A DNA stretch of 64,000 bases from a virus (IMGVR_UViG_3300012663_001306:1-64000), one strand, 5' to 3'; numbered from the stretch's first letter, positions 1-8,555 are shown. Notes: a model not told the origin generated them from the sequence alone. Numbers and translations: made by a program.

Positions 1-184
1 ACAGGATCGTTGTTGACTGCTTTTATTTTACTCAGGCCATCACTCTGAGCTTGTTGGTCTATTTCAATAGCCGCCTTCAACGCTAGGCAGTGTTACCTGC
101 TTCGCTCCAACAAACTACCATAGGGTCCAACGATCCATAGTATTATGAATGTTGCTGTACCGATCCTAAATTCTTACTGTCTAT
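1..184 (-). ncRNA. Candidate structured non-coding RNA (multi-stem, may extend past the window edge)
   Basis: No ORF; directly downstream of a perfect TTGACA-17-TATAAT promoter; nested inverted repeats at 3-9/161-167, 51-57/107-113, 31-35/45-49, 71-76/85-90 and 116-123/135-142. Confidence 0.6.
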
Positions 185-190
185 GCTATT

Positions 191-219
191 ATTATATAGT
201 CATTTAATTATCCTGTCAA
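191..219 (-). promoter_or_regulatory. sigma70-type promoter TTGACA-N17-TATAAT
   Basis: Perfect consensus on the minus strand (-35 at 219-214, -10 at 196-191). Confidence 0.85.
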
Positions 220-258
220 CTGTTTTTTGGATTAATTATGGTGGATTTATCCAAAATA

Positions 259-1656
259 TCAATTACGAGCGTTTTGGCGAACCTGATCAAAGGTAATTTC
301 TTTGACTAGTTTGCCATTGCGGAAGACTTCTTCAAGCATTTCTTCAAATGGGCCAAAACCACGGTCAAACCAACCTTTTGGTTGATCAACAGCACTTACC
401 CATTCCCCGCCGCCTTTCCAAAGTGTAACACGACCTGCTTTGGATTTCTTACCGCTATCAGTAATAGGATCCTTTTGCACGTCAACCCACTCACCGTTGA
501 TTTCGGCGCTAGAGCATTTCATTGCAAACTTTTGGGTATCGCGATCGACTTGTTGTAGCAGAGCGCCGCCCATCCCGAATGCAATATTATCTGCTGAGTA
601 TCCATATGCTTGGAATGACCCAAGAATACAGCGTACAGTGTGTTCGTTAATGCCGTCACCTTGGATCAGTCGAACATTGTTCAAAACTTTGAATCCTTTG
701 CTGTTTACAGTAGAGCCAAACTTAGTATCTAACTTCTGTACTAGGTTGCGACAAATGATCTCTGGATCACCGCTATCAGGACGGATAACAACTGTAGCGC
801 CACTATCGATTACCTGTTGACGGAGTTCTTCTCCCCACAGTTTGTCAACGGCGTTGTAGATGTCATAGCTGTCTGATACAATAGCAAGGACTGCTCCTGG
901 CTTGGCGTATTGGTTGAGCATGTTTCTATACGCATCAACTTCCCCGTCACGACCCCATGATGTAACGGTACTGTGTTCCATTGCTGGAATACTAAAGCCG
1001 GCAATCCCAGCATCATAATACTCGCGAGCAAAAAGAATACCGCTGATAGTGTCCGTTCCCATAAAGTTGATGAGGTGACTAGCACCCCCAATAGAGGCAG
1101 ACTCCATCGAGCTAACCCCACGAGCACCAAAGTCGTGCAACTTAAAATCAATAAGTGATGGATCACCTGTTTTCTCCAATGCGTCAAGAATGACTTGTTT
1201 AATAGTCCAGCTTTGAGTAGCTACAGTAGTTGGGTACCAAATGGCGCGAAGTAAGGTTGTTTCCAACCAAGTGGTTAACCAGAAACATTCTGGGTCAGTG
1301 TTTTCAACTGTGGCAAGTACGTTCTTAACAGGGACAACTGTTCCTTCGGGAACTGCTCGGATGACCACTGGAAGGTATCCAGCGTGTTTGTCAAGAATGT
1401 ATTGCCATCCTGCTCTGTTGAAAGGCTCACCGTGTGCGGTAAGGATCTCATCAGCAATGTCGATATCTGATTGTGTGATGGGTGCAAGCAGGTATTCCTT
1501 GATAAAGGCCTGTAGTCCGAAGAATACTGTTCTATTGTAACGGCCACCGCGGCTTTCAATATACGAATATACACCTGTAGTACCTGCTGGGTATTGTTTG
1601 AACATACTGACTTTGTAACTGTCGGTGTTCAGGATGATGTTTTTTGCGAGTTTCAT
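259..1656 (-). CDS. nadV: Nicotinamide phosphoribosyltransferase (NAMPT)
   Basis: Motifs TDSYK, LHDFGARG, SIPAMEHS, VSDSYD, IRPDSGDP, IQGDG, FGMGGALLQ, RDTQKFAMK. Confidence 0.95.
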   Translation of the reverse strand: MKLAKNIILNTDSYKVSMFKQYPAGTTGVYSYIESRGGRYNRTVFFGLQAFIKEYLLAPITQSDIDIADEILTAHGEPFNRAGWQYILDKHAGYLPVVIRAVPEGTVVPVKNVLATVENTDPECFWLTTWLETTLLRAIWYPTTVATQSWTIKQVILDALEKTGDPSLIDFKLHDFGARGVSSMESASIGGASHLINFMGTDTISGILFAREYYDAGIAGFSIPAMEHSTVTSWGRDGEVDAYRNMLNQYAKPGAVLAIVSDSYDIYNAVDKLWGEELRQQVIDSGATVVIRPDSGDPEIICRNLVQKLDTKFGSTVNSKGFKVLNNVRLIQGDGINEHTVRCILGSFQAYGYSADNIAFGMGGALLQQVDRDTQKFAMKCSSAEINGEWVDVQKDPITDSGKKSKAGRVTLWKGGGEWVSAVDQPKGWFDRGFGPFEEMLEEVFRNGKLVKEITFDQVRQNARN

Positions 1657-1700
1657 AATAAAGTTCCTTTATTAAAATTGCCCGGAGTCTATCTCTAGGA
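1656..1700 (-). promoter_or_regulatory. Two-hairpin 5' leader of nadV (GAG-AUAGA-CUC hairpin plus SD/AUG-sequestering hairpin)
   Basis: 13-mer at 1683-1695 is identical to 3243-3255; perfect inverted repeat AATAAAG-gaa-CTTTATT at 1657-1673 covers the SD. Confidence 0.7.
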
Positions 1701-1709
1701 CTTGTTTAT

Positions 1710-1739
1710 AGTATAACACCTAGCCCATCTAAGTGTCAA
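1710..1739 (-). promoter_or_regulatory. sigma70-type promoter for nadV (TTGACA-N18-TATACT with extended -10 TGn)
   Basis: Near-consensus hexamers just upstream of the leader. Confidence 0.7.
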
Positions 1740-2194
1740 CCAAATTCGACTAAAGTGACTGTGCCGCCTTCAGCCGAAATTCTATCAGCGAACCAATCAA
1801 TCATTGGAATGATTATGTCTTTGGATCCGCCTGCTAGCCCCATACCAATATAGGGCAAGCCAAATCTTTTACCTGGATATACAAAAGTTAACTTTTCTAA
1901 AATAAGTTGAAAGGCAGTGTATTCAAACACATCCGTGCCTTGACTCATGTTGTATTGTGTGTAAGCATTGACAATCAAGAACTTTCCAGTGAATGCTGTA
2001 GTCCAGTTACCCAACTTACGGTAGTCACCTTTTAGAGTTTCCATGTCAACATCTGCTGCCATCGGATAGCGTTCGCGAATCTCACGGGCAATGCCACCGC
2101 CCATGGTGTTGAAGCAATTGCAGCCTTGTACCACAATATCGAACAGGCCAGCTTCGGCCAGGTCCAGTAGATTACCTTTTGTATGTTTCAACAT
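1736..2194 (-). CDS. Macrodomain (ADP-ribose binding/processing) protein
   Basis: GNLL, QGCNCFNTMGGGIA, VNAYTQY and PYIGMGLAGG motifs typical of phage macrodomains. Confidence 0.85.
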   Translation of the reverse strand: MLKHTKGNLLDLAEAGLFDIVVQGCNCFNTMGGGIAREIRERYPMAADVDMETLKGDYRKLGNWTTAFTGKFLIVNAYTQYNMSQGTDVFEYTAFQLILEKLTFVYPGKRFGLPYIGMGLAGGSKDIIIPMIDWFADRISAEGGTVTLVEFG

Positions 2195-2195
2195 A

Positions 2196-3215
2196 TCATG
2201 CTCCTAAAAAGTGTTGAATGATTTCGTAGTGGTCTTCAAAGCATTCCTCACTGCGAACTTCGGCAATAGGAACCCAACGTGCTTTTTCAGCATCGTCATT
2301 GCCTTTTACTTTTGGCAACTCGCCGTCAGGTAGCTGGATGAAGAAGGCATGTGTAATTATACGCCCCCTGGGACTACGGCCGATCGCATCAAACACTTTA
2401 CTGCGAACAATACTGCCTTTTAACACAGGAGCAGGCACCTTAATCATTGTTTCTTCTCGCAACTCACGCAACATTGCCGCTTCAACACTCTTGTCAGTGT
2501 TGGCATTAACGTAACCGCCCGGCAATGCCCATAAGCCTTTACCTGGTTCAGCACGGCGTTTGATCATTAGGATGTGACCACTACAAATAACCACAGCATC
2601 AGCGGTACTGAAAATAGGAGGATATGGCAAGCTAGCATATTGCTTTTTGTAGTTGGCAACGAATTCACGTTCACGAATAATTTGCTCGTACTCTAAAGTA
2701 CTACGAAATGCGTCCAAGAATTCAAATGTGCTTGCAGGAACAACACCTTTGATAAAGCTCATATTAACATCACGTTTGAAGTACAGGTCGCGAATGTTAA
2801 CTGCACTCAAGAACTCGATTAGTTCTACGTTTTCAAATCCCCATTGTGGGAACATGTCTAAGTAGAATGAGCTGTCATCTTTCTTGTGTCCAATGATACC
2901 AACCTTGGCACCGGGCTTGGTGTGTTTGGCAACCAATGCCTGTATACGAACTGCCCATGCTTGGTCGTTGTAGATAGTGTCTGGGTTAGCTTCAATGTTG
3001 ATCAGCATTGAAAGTCCGCCTGCGGCATATTTGATCATGCGTTCGCGTTCAGCGGAGGTAAATGGGTTCTTGTAAGTACGGGGTTGTGCGGCACTGCCAG
3101 TGACAATAATAAGTTGTTCGCAGAGTGCTGTGGCTCGCTTGATAATCTCTAAGTGAGCATTGTGTATGGGTTGAAAGCGTCCAATAAGGACGAGGGTATC
3201 GTATTTTCTTGACAT
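2196..3215 (-). CDS. natV: Bifunctional NMN adenylyltransferase / ADP-ribose pyrophosphatase (NadM-Nudix)
   Basis: GRFQPIHNAH (HxxH), KNPFT, Nudix box GG..N..E....RELREET, DDAEKARW. Confidence 0.92.
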   Translation of the reverse strand: MSRKYDTLVLIGRFQPIHNAHLEIIKRATALCEQLIIVTGSAAQPRTYKNPFTSAERERMIKYAAGGLSMLINIEANPDTIYNDQAWAVRIQALVAKHTKPGAKVGIIGHKKDDSSFYLDMFPQWGFENVELIEFLSAVNIRDLYFKRDVNMSFIKGVVPASTFEFLDAFRSTLEYEQIIREREFVANYKKQYASLPYPPIFSTADAVVICSGHILMIKRRAEPGKGLWALPGGYVNANTDKSVEAAMLRELREETMIKVPAPVLKGSIVRSKVFDAIGRSPRGRIITHAFFIQLPDGELPKVKGNDDAEKARWVPIAEVRSEECFEDHYEIIQHFLGA

Positions 3216-3260
3216 TCAAAAATCCTTTGAATAATGTACGCTCGGAGTCTATCTCCTTGC
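3214..3260 (-). promoter_or_regulatory. Two-hairpin 5' leader of natV
   Basis: 13-mer at 3243-3255 shared with the nadV leader; ATTCAAAG-gat-TTTTGAAT hairpin covers the SD and the AU of AUG. Confidence 0.7.
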
Positions 3261-3266
3261 TGTATG

Positions 3267-3300
3267 TATTTATTATACAGTCAGATAATTTGGCTGTAAA
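3267..3300 (-). promoter_or_regulatory. sigma70-type promoter TTTACA-N17-TATAAT overlapping a TAAATA late-promoter motif
   Basis: -35 at 3300-3295, -10 at 3277-3272, TAAATA at 3272-3267. Confidence 0.7.
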
Positions 3301-3950
3301 GTGATTTTTTGTCCAATTAATTGATCAACAAATTGTAATAATAAAGTATGATGCTCTTCATGATGCCAATAGGGTTTTAAGTAGGGTTTGTTAAACCAGA
3401 ACTCTTGGCTTTCCGGATGGCACCCTATTATTCCAATACGGCCTTGTATTATGGCCATCGGGTCACCATTTGCGTATGTTGCTACTGTTTGGAATTTTGA
3501 TCGATTTCCTACAATAGCACACCCGTCATAAAAATACATATTATAGGGATTGTCCTGCCAGATTACAGGAGCATAGGTTCCGTAGCTTCTACGTATATCA
3601 GTCCTCGGGCGAGTGATGTATTGTACGGCATCACACTCTTCTAAGATATCAAAATAGTTTCGCCCTGCCCAATAAGCTCCCATACATATTCCTAGATAGT
3701 GTCCGCCACGGGCAATAAAGTCTGCAACTATATTACCACGGCGGCGATTAAAAAAATCATGAAATCTACTAGCATCACCTATTCCCCCCGGAAATGCTAT
3801 GATATCAATATCGGCTAGCATTTCAGCATTAAAGTTATTTTCCGAAAAGAACGTGAAGTCGTAATTTGGAGAAAGTGCTTTTACCATTCCTGCGGCACAT
3901 TGGCGCGAGCATTCCGGGTGGTGGACAAATAGGGCTATTTTGGGTCTCAC
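3273..3950 (-). CDS. BPL_N-like class I glutamine amidotransferase-fold protein
   Basis: FPGGIG, GGHYLGICMGAY nucleophile elbow, GCHPE. Confidence 0.75.
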   Translation of the reverse strand: MRPKIALFVHHPECSRQCAAGMVKALSPNYDFTFFSENNFNAEMLADIDIIAFPGGIGDASRFHDFFNRRRGNIVADFIARGGHYLGICMGAYWAGRNYFDILEECDAVQYITRPRTDIRRSYGTYAPVIWQDNPYNMYFYDGCAIVGNRSKFQTVATYANGDPMAIIQGRIGIIGCHPESQEFWFNKPYLKPYWHHEEHHTLLLQFVDQLIGQKITLQPNYLTV

Positions 3951-3997
3951 ATTGTATTTAACAGAAGTGCATACTGGTTACGGATTCCAGCGATACC

Positions 3998-5017
3998 TTA
4001 TTTTGTACCCGATTTTTCTACCAAATTATCTCTAAATATTTCCCAGGCGTTTTCCCAAGTCCACCGACCACTACCTTCCCAAACTTGAGTACGGTCTAAC
4101 ATCAATGCATCTTTAACTGCCTGCTTTAAGTCATCGTTCATACAACCAGTGATGCCTTCGTCTACAACATCTAGAGGACCCTGAACAGGATATGCCGCCA
4201 CCGGTGTACCGCAGGCCATTGCTTCTATCATAACAATACCAAATGTTTCCCAACGACTAGGAAACACAAATACATCTGCAATACGATAATAGTTGCCAAG
4301 TTCAACACCGCGCTTTGCACCCACGAACTCTACATTAGGATAGTTAGCTTTATATTCTTCTAGCATAGGGCCGTCGCCTACCATAATCTTACGAGCATTG
4401 GGGTAGTCTAACTTAAAGAAATCTTCTAGATTTTTTTCTTTACTAACACGGGCAACACAAACTAATATCGGATATTTGGCATCTGTACTGTATTTGCGTC
4501 TAGTACCTGGATAAAATATGTCACGATCAACTCCACGAGTCCACGGTATAATATCTCCATCGAATCCATGGGCTTGTAACTCGTTGACCATCGTTTCGGT
4601 AGTAGTCAGTACTTTGCCACTGTGCTTGTGGAACCAACGTACTAGAGGCCAAGTAAGGGCTTCAGGTATTCCAAATAAAGCACGGAGTCCTTCAGGGAAC
4701 TTAGTATGATAAGCAGTATTGTGCCTAATATTATGTTTTGAAAGATATTTTCTAGCAGACAAACCAACAGGACCTTCTGTGGCGATGTGGATATGATCTG
4801 CACCGACCTCCTCAATCTTCTTGCCGATCTGCCAGGGATAGGCAATCTTGACTTCGTTGTAGCCAGGACAATCAAAGTAGCGGAAGTCCCTGGGAGTAAT
4901 GTAAACAACGTGATAACCATCCAGAATCGCACACGCCTCAATATTTTTGTATGTTGTGACAACGCCATTGATTTGCTCCGGTAAATTGTCTGTTATGATT
5001 AAGATTGTTTTAGACAC
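3998..5017 (-). CDS. GT4 glycosyltransferase, Agt-like glycolipid (diacylglycerol) synthase
   Basis: TD..P.QINGVV, HIATEGPVG, YHTKFPE, RVSKEKN, FPSRWETFGIVMIEAMACGTPV; adjacent to a PlcP-like gene. Confidence 0.8.
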   Translation of the reverse strand: MSKTILIITDNLPEQINGVVTTYKNIEACAILDGYHVVYITPRDFRYFDCPGYNEVKIAYPWQIGKKIEEVGADHIHIATEGPVGLSARKYLSKHNIRHNTAYHTKFPEGLRALFGIPEALTWPLVRWFHKHSGKVLTTTETMVNELQAHGFDGDIIPWTRGVDRDIFYPGTRRKYSTDAKYPILVCVARVSKEKNLEDFFKLDYPNARKIMVGDGPMLEEYKANYPNVEFVGAKRGVELGNYYRIADVFVFPSRWETFGIVMIEAMACGTPVAAYPVQGPLDVVDEGITGCMNDDLKQAVKDALMLDRTQVWEGSGRWTWENAWEIFRDNLVEKSGTK

Positions 5018-5172
5018 TTTCCTTCTACCTTAAAACTCTTGAACTTTAGGTTCCACTTCAATGTGTTTAGGACTTGCTCGCAGGTTTTTTGATCCGCGAA
5101 CTGTAGTTCCACTCGGCCCGGTTGATCTGTTGGGTCGGTCACGTGGACCGCTATTAGAATCAGCAACCACAT
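4999..5172 (-). CDS. Unannotated 57-aa protein nested in the 3' end of the PlcP-like gene (MWLLILIAVHVTDPTDQPGRVELQF...CLKQS)
   Basis: Manually translated; AAGGAG SD 7 nt upstream of ATG; hydrophobic N-terminus, two Cys. Confidence 0.6.
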   Translation of the reverse strand: MWLLILIAVHVTDPTDQPGRVELQFADQKTCEQVLNTLKWNLKFKSFKVEGKCLKQS

Positions 5173-5926
5173 CATCTTTCTCCTTGGTCCATGTAATTAT
5201 CTCCCAACGGCCGTCATGGTGCTCTACTAGTGCGGTACACGATTCGACCCAGTCACCATCATTCATATACATAACACCATTGATCTCTTTGATCTCTGCA
5301 TGATGTATGTGTCCACATATAACCCCATCAAAGCCACGCTTCTTACAGTAGTTGGCTAAGTTTTCTTCAAACTTGAACATAAAGTCTACTGCTTTTTTAA
5401 CTCTGTGCTTAAGAAACTTGCTAATGCTAAAGTACCCAAAACCCATACGGCGACGAATCCAATTAAATTTATTATTGAGTGTAAGAACAAAGTCATATGC
5501 TTTATCTCCTAAAAATGCTATCCACGGTGCTAGGCGTGTGATACCATCAAACAAGTCACCATGTGTAACTAGGTAATGTTTACCATCGGTACCTATGTGT
5601 TCTATTTGATTGTGTATTTCCACTAGACCAAAACTGAACCCATATGGTATCATTGGTCTTAAAAACTCGTCGTGATTACCTGCTATGAATACCACACGAG
5701 TACCACGCTTGGCATGACCTAGTACACGGCGTACTACGTTGGTGTGACTTTGTTTCCAACGCCACTTGTTTTGTTGTATCTTCCACGCATCGATGATATC
5801 ACCAACTAGATAGAGAGTATCGCAGGAATTGTGTTTAAGAAAATTATTTAATTTGTCAGCTTGACAATCTTTAGTGCCTAAATGTACATCGGAAATAAAA
5901 ATAGAGCGATAAGTTTTGGCAGTCAT
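5030..5926 (-). CDS. Metallophosphoesterase of the PlcP/LpxH2 family (phospholipase C-like; usually annotated UDP-2,3-diacylglucosamine hydrolase)
   Basis: ISDVHLG, LVGDIID, GNHDE, HGDLFD, GHIH, NDGDWVES; start may be 5926 or 5932. Confidence 0.85.
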   Translation of the reverse strand: MTAKTYRSIFISDVHLGTKDCQADKLNNFLKHNSCDTLYLVGDIIDAWKIQQNKWRWKQSHTNVVRRVLGHAKRGTRVVFIAGNHDEFLRPMIPYGFSFGLVEIHNQIEHIGTDGKHYLVTHGDLFDGITRLAPWIAFLGDKAYDFVLTLNNKFNWIRRRMGFGYFSISKFLKHRVKKAVDFMFKFEENLANYCKKRGFDGVICGHIHHAEIKEINGVMYMNDGDWVESCTALVEHHDGRWEIITWTKEKDDVVADSNSGPRDRPNRSTGPSGTTVRGSKNLRASPKHIEVEPKVQEF

Positions 5927-5982
5927 ATCCATATTTATTGCCCAATTGATTGCAATATGATTACAAATTGATTAAATTTGTA

Positions 5983-6210
5983 TTATACCGGCACCTCAAT
6001 AAGTTGAAAGATACGCCAATTTCTACGATCGGCCTTGGGTTCTTTCTTGTCTTTATCCTGTACATACTTTAACGTAAATTGGGCTTCTTCCATTGTACCG
6101 TGGTGTACTTCGCCAAAATAATTGTAGGTACCAACAGAGCCATCCTGCCCTTCCCAGTAGTGCCCTATAGCGTAATTAAACTTTTTAGTCTGCTTTTTCT
6201 TTGTTGCCAT
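5983..6210 (-). CDS. Hypothetical protein
   Basis: ORF packed within the operon. Confidence 0.6.
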   Translation of the reverse strand: MATKKKQTKKFNYAIGHYWEGQDGSVGTYNYFGEVHHGTMEEAQFTLKYVQDKDKKEPKADRRNWRIFQLIEVPV

Positions 6211-6211
6211 A

Positions 6212-6982
6212 TTACAACCTAATTCCGTAAGTTACAATTTCCCAACGATGATTGTTCCAACGACTGTTAACTTTCATCAACGAATTTTTTCTAATGTCGT
6301 GGAATATTAATCTACCCTTTGCATCATTGACCATGCTGTCAACTAGATTAAAGAAACTGCTGGCAATACAATGTATTTCACTTGCATTTTCTATAAGCTT
6401 CTTATATTGTAACATATTAGTAGCTTGGCCTGTTTGTACTTCAATAATCTTTTTATCCGAGCCGCCCCTGGAACGTCTAAACGATGGTATGTCAATTGGA
6501 ATACCGTCTGGATGATCGCTAGCAAATTTATGTACAAGAACATAGTCGTCCTCGCCTTCAGTTAGACGATCGTATAGTTCATCCTGTCCTTCAATATGCT
6601 TTGGCATATGAAAATCTAAATATCTCATCTTAAATGGGATATCAAAGTTTTCATATATTTGTTGAGGCCAATGTACCTGTATACGTTCAATCTCACAACC
6701 CTTGCGATCGATTTCAGAAGTAACCAACGGCATACTTTTAATCTTAACTACATCAGGATTTGTATTTAGAAAAATCTCTTCTTGCTCAGAGCTATAGAAA
6801 CGCCATACTTCAATGTTTGGAAAATCTTGATAAAGGCATTTGATAGTTTCAAAAAATTCACCCCTTGCAGGATAATATAATTTTTCACAAGTTCTAGCGT
6901 AGTTATGGACAATAGCGTTCATAACTAGCGCATCACCTAAACCAACTGAGCTGTCAAAAAATAATTTCTTAAAATGGGTCAT
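6212..6982 (-). CDS. Putative glycosyltransferase-like protein (GT9-like GLGD N-terminus)
   Basis: GLGDAL near the N-terminus, IHCIASSF near the C-terminus. Confidence 0.5.
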   Translation of the reverse strand: MTHFKKLFFDSSVGLGDALVMNAIVHNYARTCEKLYYPARGEFFETIKCLYQDFPNIEVWRFYSSEQEEIFLNTNPDVVKIKSMPLVTSEIDRKGCEIERIQVHWPQQIYENFDIPFKMRYLDFHMPKHIEGQDELYDRLTEGEDDYVLVHKFASDHPDGIPIDIPSFRRSRGGSDKKIIEVQTGQATNMLQYKKLIENASEIHCIASSFFNLVDSMVNDAKGRLIFHDIRKNSLMKVNSRWNNHRWEIVTYGIRL

Positions 6983-7509
6983 CGAGGTCTAATTTTCATC
7001 TTAGCGTAGATATTTTGTACACCAACTGCTTGACGAATTGCATCTTGTAGTGCATCATGTTTACTACCTTGTGGCATATCGGGATCATAGCCTAGATCAA
7101 ACAATGTACGGGTATCACGTAACTGCCAATATTGCCAAGGCAGTGGTTTATTTAATTGTCGATAAATGTTTTCGATAATAACTAGGTCAAAGGTTGCGCC
7201 GTGACTCCAAAACGCATCACACCCCCAAGCAAACTTATGGAACTGATCCATAGCATCTACTAGACTAATGCGATTGTCTGGACTAAATGCTTCTTCCATG
7301 ATTGCAGGATCTTGCTTACTCCACCACTCAATTGTGTTTGGATCTACTTCTCGACCTAATGCATCTTGGTCATCAATGCTAATGCGGAAATAAATTTTAT
7401 CTCCATAGCCATTGCCGTAGGGATTAAAATGTACAGCCCCTAGACTTAGGACTACTGCGCTTGGAGAGACTGCCATCGTCTCCATATCAATCATAAGATG
7501 TTTTGCCAT
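6979..7509 (-). CDS. DEDDh 3'-5' exonuclease (DexA/Rv2179c-like)
   Basis: MIDMET, GATFD, RDTRT, HDALQDA. Confidence 0.85.
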   Translation of the reverse strand: MAKHLMIDMETMAVSPSAVVLSLGAVHFNPYGNGYGDKIYFRISIDDQDALGREVDPNTIEWWSKQDPAIMEEAFSPDNRISLVDAMDQFHKFAWGCDAFWSHGATFDLVIIENIYRQLNKPLPWQYWQLRDTRTLFDLGYDPDMPQGSKHDALQDAIRQAVGVQNIYAKMKIRPR

Positions 7510-7536
7510 TAATTGCTTTCTGTATATACTAACAAT

Positions 7537-7565
7537 AGTATACTACATTAAAGCATATTAGTCAA
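7537..7565 (-). promoter_or_regulatory. sigma70-type promoter TTGACT-N17-TATACT
   Basis: Near consensus, upstream of the exonuclease. Confidence 0.7.
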
Positions 7566-8313
7566 TGTCGATTTCGTCCGGGGTAATACAGTACTGCCAG
7601 TTTAATTTGAATATTTTTGGCAAATCTACAAAACTTGGAGGGGTATATCTATTGAGCAAATGGCAAGGTATATTTTTTGGTAGATACACTTCTGCAAGGA
7701 TTGGAACAGATGTATCAATTGTTATTAACCGACTGCACCGTTCTATTACTGTAATCCAATCAAACACAGAATAGCCTGGAATTTCTTTCATGTACACACT
7801 ATTTCCAACGGGTGCAATATCAATTCTATCCGAACTGCAATTTTCGTTTATTAGTGTATAAACATCCCCGTCGTTTAATCCAAGAACATTATAAAATAGG
7901 TCATGTTCTTTTTCAAGGTTTCTATTTATTTTAACATAATCTTGCCAGCCTTCGTGATCAACATCCGAGACTTTATATTTAGAAGTCATCATTTCGCTGT
8001 TATCTAGAGTAGACGGGCCACAGCTTAGGTATATAAAATCTACTGCAACAACTGGTTTACGAAATAGTGCGTATGTGGATCCCATTAAGTAATAATATCT
8101 ATCACTGGCCCAAAATGGTTCCATAATTTTTCTATCATTGCTTAACAAGGGATACTCAACTTGTTCTTGTTCTAAATAAGGCCGCAGCCAGCCAAAATAT
8201 TCGTATAGTGGAAATATTACTTTATAACCTAGATTTTTATAATGGTGAACTACTTTTTGAATAAAAATAATGTCGCCAACACCCTGTGGTTGATATATAA
8301 AACACGTAGTCAA
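7558..8313 (-). CDS. Putative glycosyltransferase-like protein (GT9-like; similar plan to 6212-6982)
   Basis: QGVGDIIF near the N-terminus, LITIDTS near the C-terminus. Confidence 0.5.
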   Translation of the reverse strand: MTTCFIYQPQGVGDIIFIQKVVHHYKNLGYKVIFPLYEYFGWLRPYLEQEQVEYPLLSNDRKIMEPFWASDRYYYLMGSTYALFRKPVVAVDFIYLSCGPSTLDNSEMMTSKYKVSDVDHEGWQDYVKINRNLEKEHDLFYNVLGLNDGDVYTLINENCSSDRIDIAPVGNSVYMKEIPGYSVFDWITVIERCSRLITIDTSVPILAEVYLPKNIPCHLLNRYTPPSFVDLPKIFKLNWQYCITPDEIDID

Positions 8314-8321
8314 ATTACACC

Positions 8322-8555
8322 TTAAAATTGTTTCTTCGGCAGACTATCGGCTTCGAGTTTTTTAAGCCATCTAGATCTAGCGGCGCCTTTTTTACGTTTA
8401 CGTTCGGTGGTCGGTTTTTCATATGAAGTACGTTTAATAACATCTATTAATTTATTGCTGTCGTCCACTTTCTTTTTGAACTTACGTAGGGCAGACATTA
8501 TATTTCCGTCTCTAACTTCTACAGTAATTCCTTTTTTACGATTGCTTTTTGTCAT
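8322..8555 (-). CDS. rpsU: Phage-encoded ribosomal protein bS21
   Basis: ITVEVRDGNIMSALRKFKKK...YEKPTTERKRKK..ARSRW is the bS21 pattern; start 8555 or 8567. Confidence 0.85.
   Translation of the reverse strand: MTKSNRKKGITVEVRDGNIMSALRKFKKKVDDSNKLIDVIKRTSYEKPTTERKRKKGAARSRWLKKLEADSLPKKQF

Noticed and set aside
51-113. Canonical tRNA gene
   Set aside because: Only about 63 nt, no TTCRA T-loop or standard anticodon arm, no CCA end; kept only as part of a candidate ncRNA
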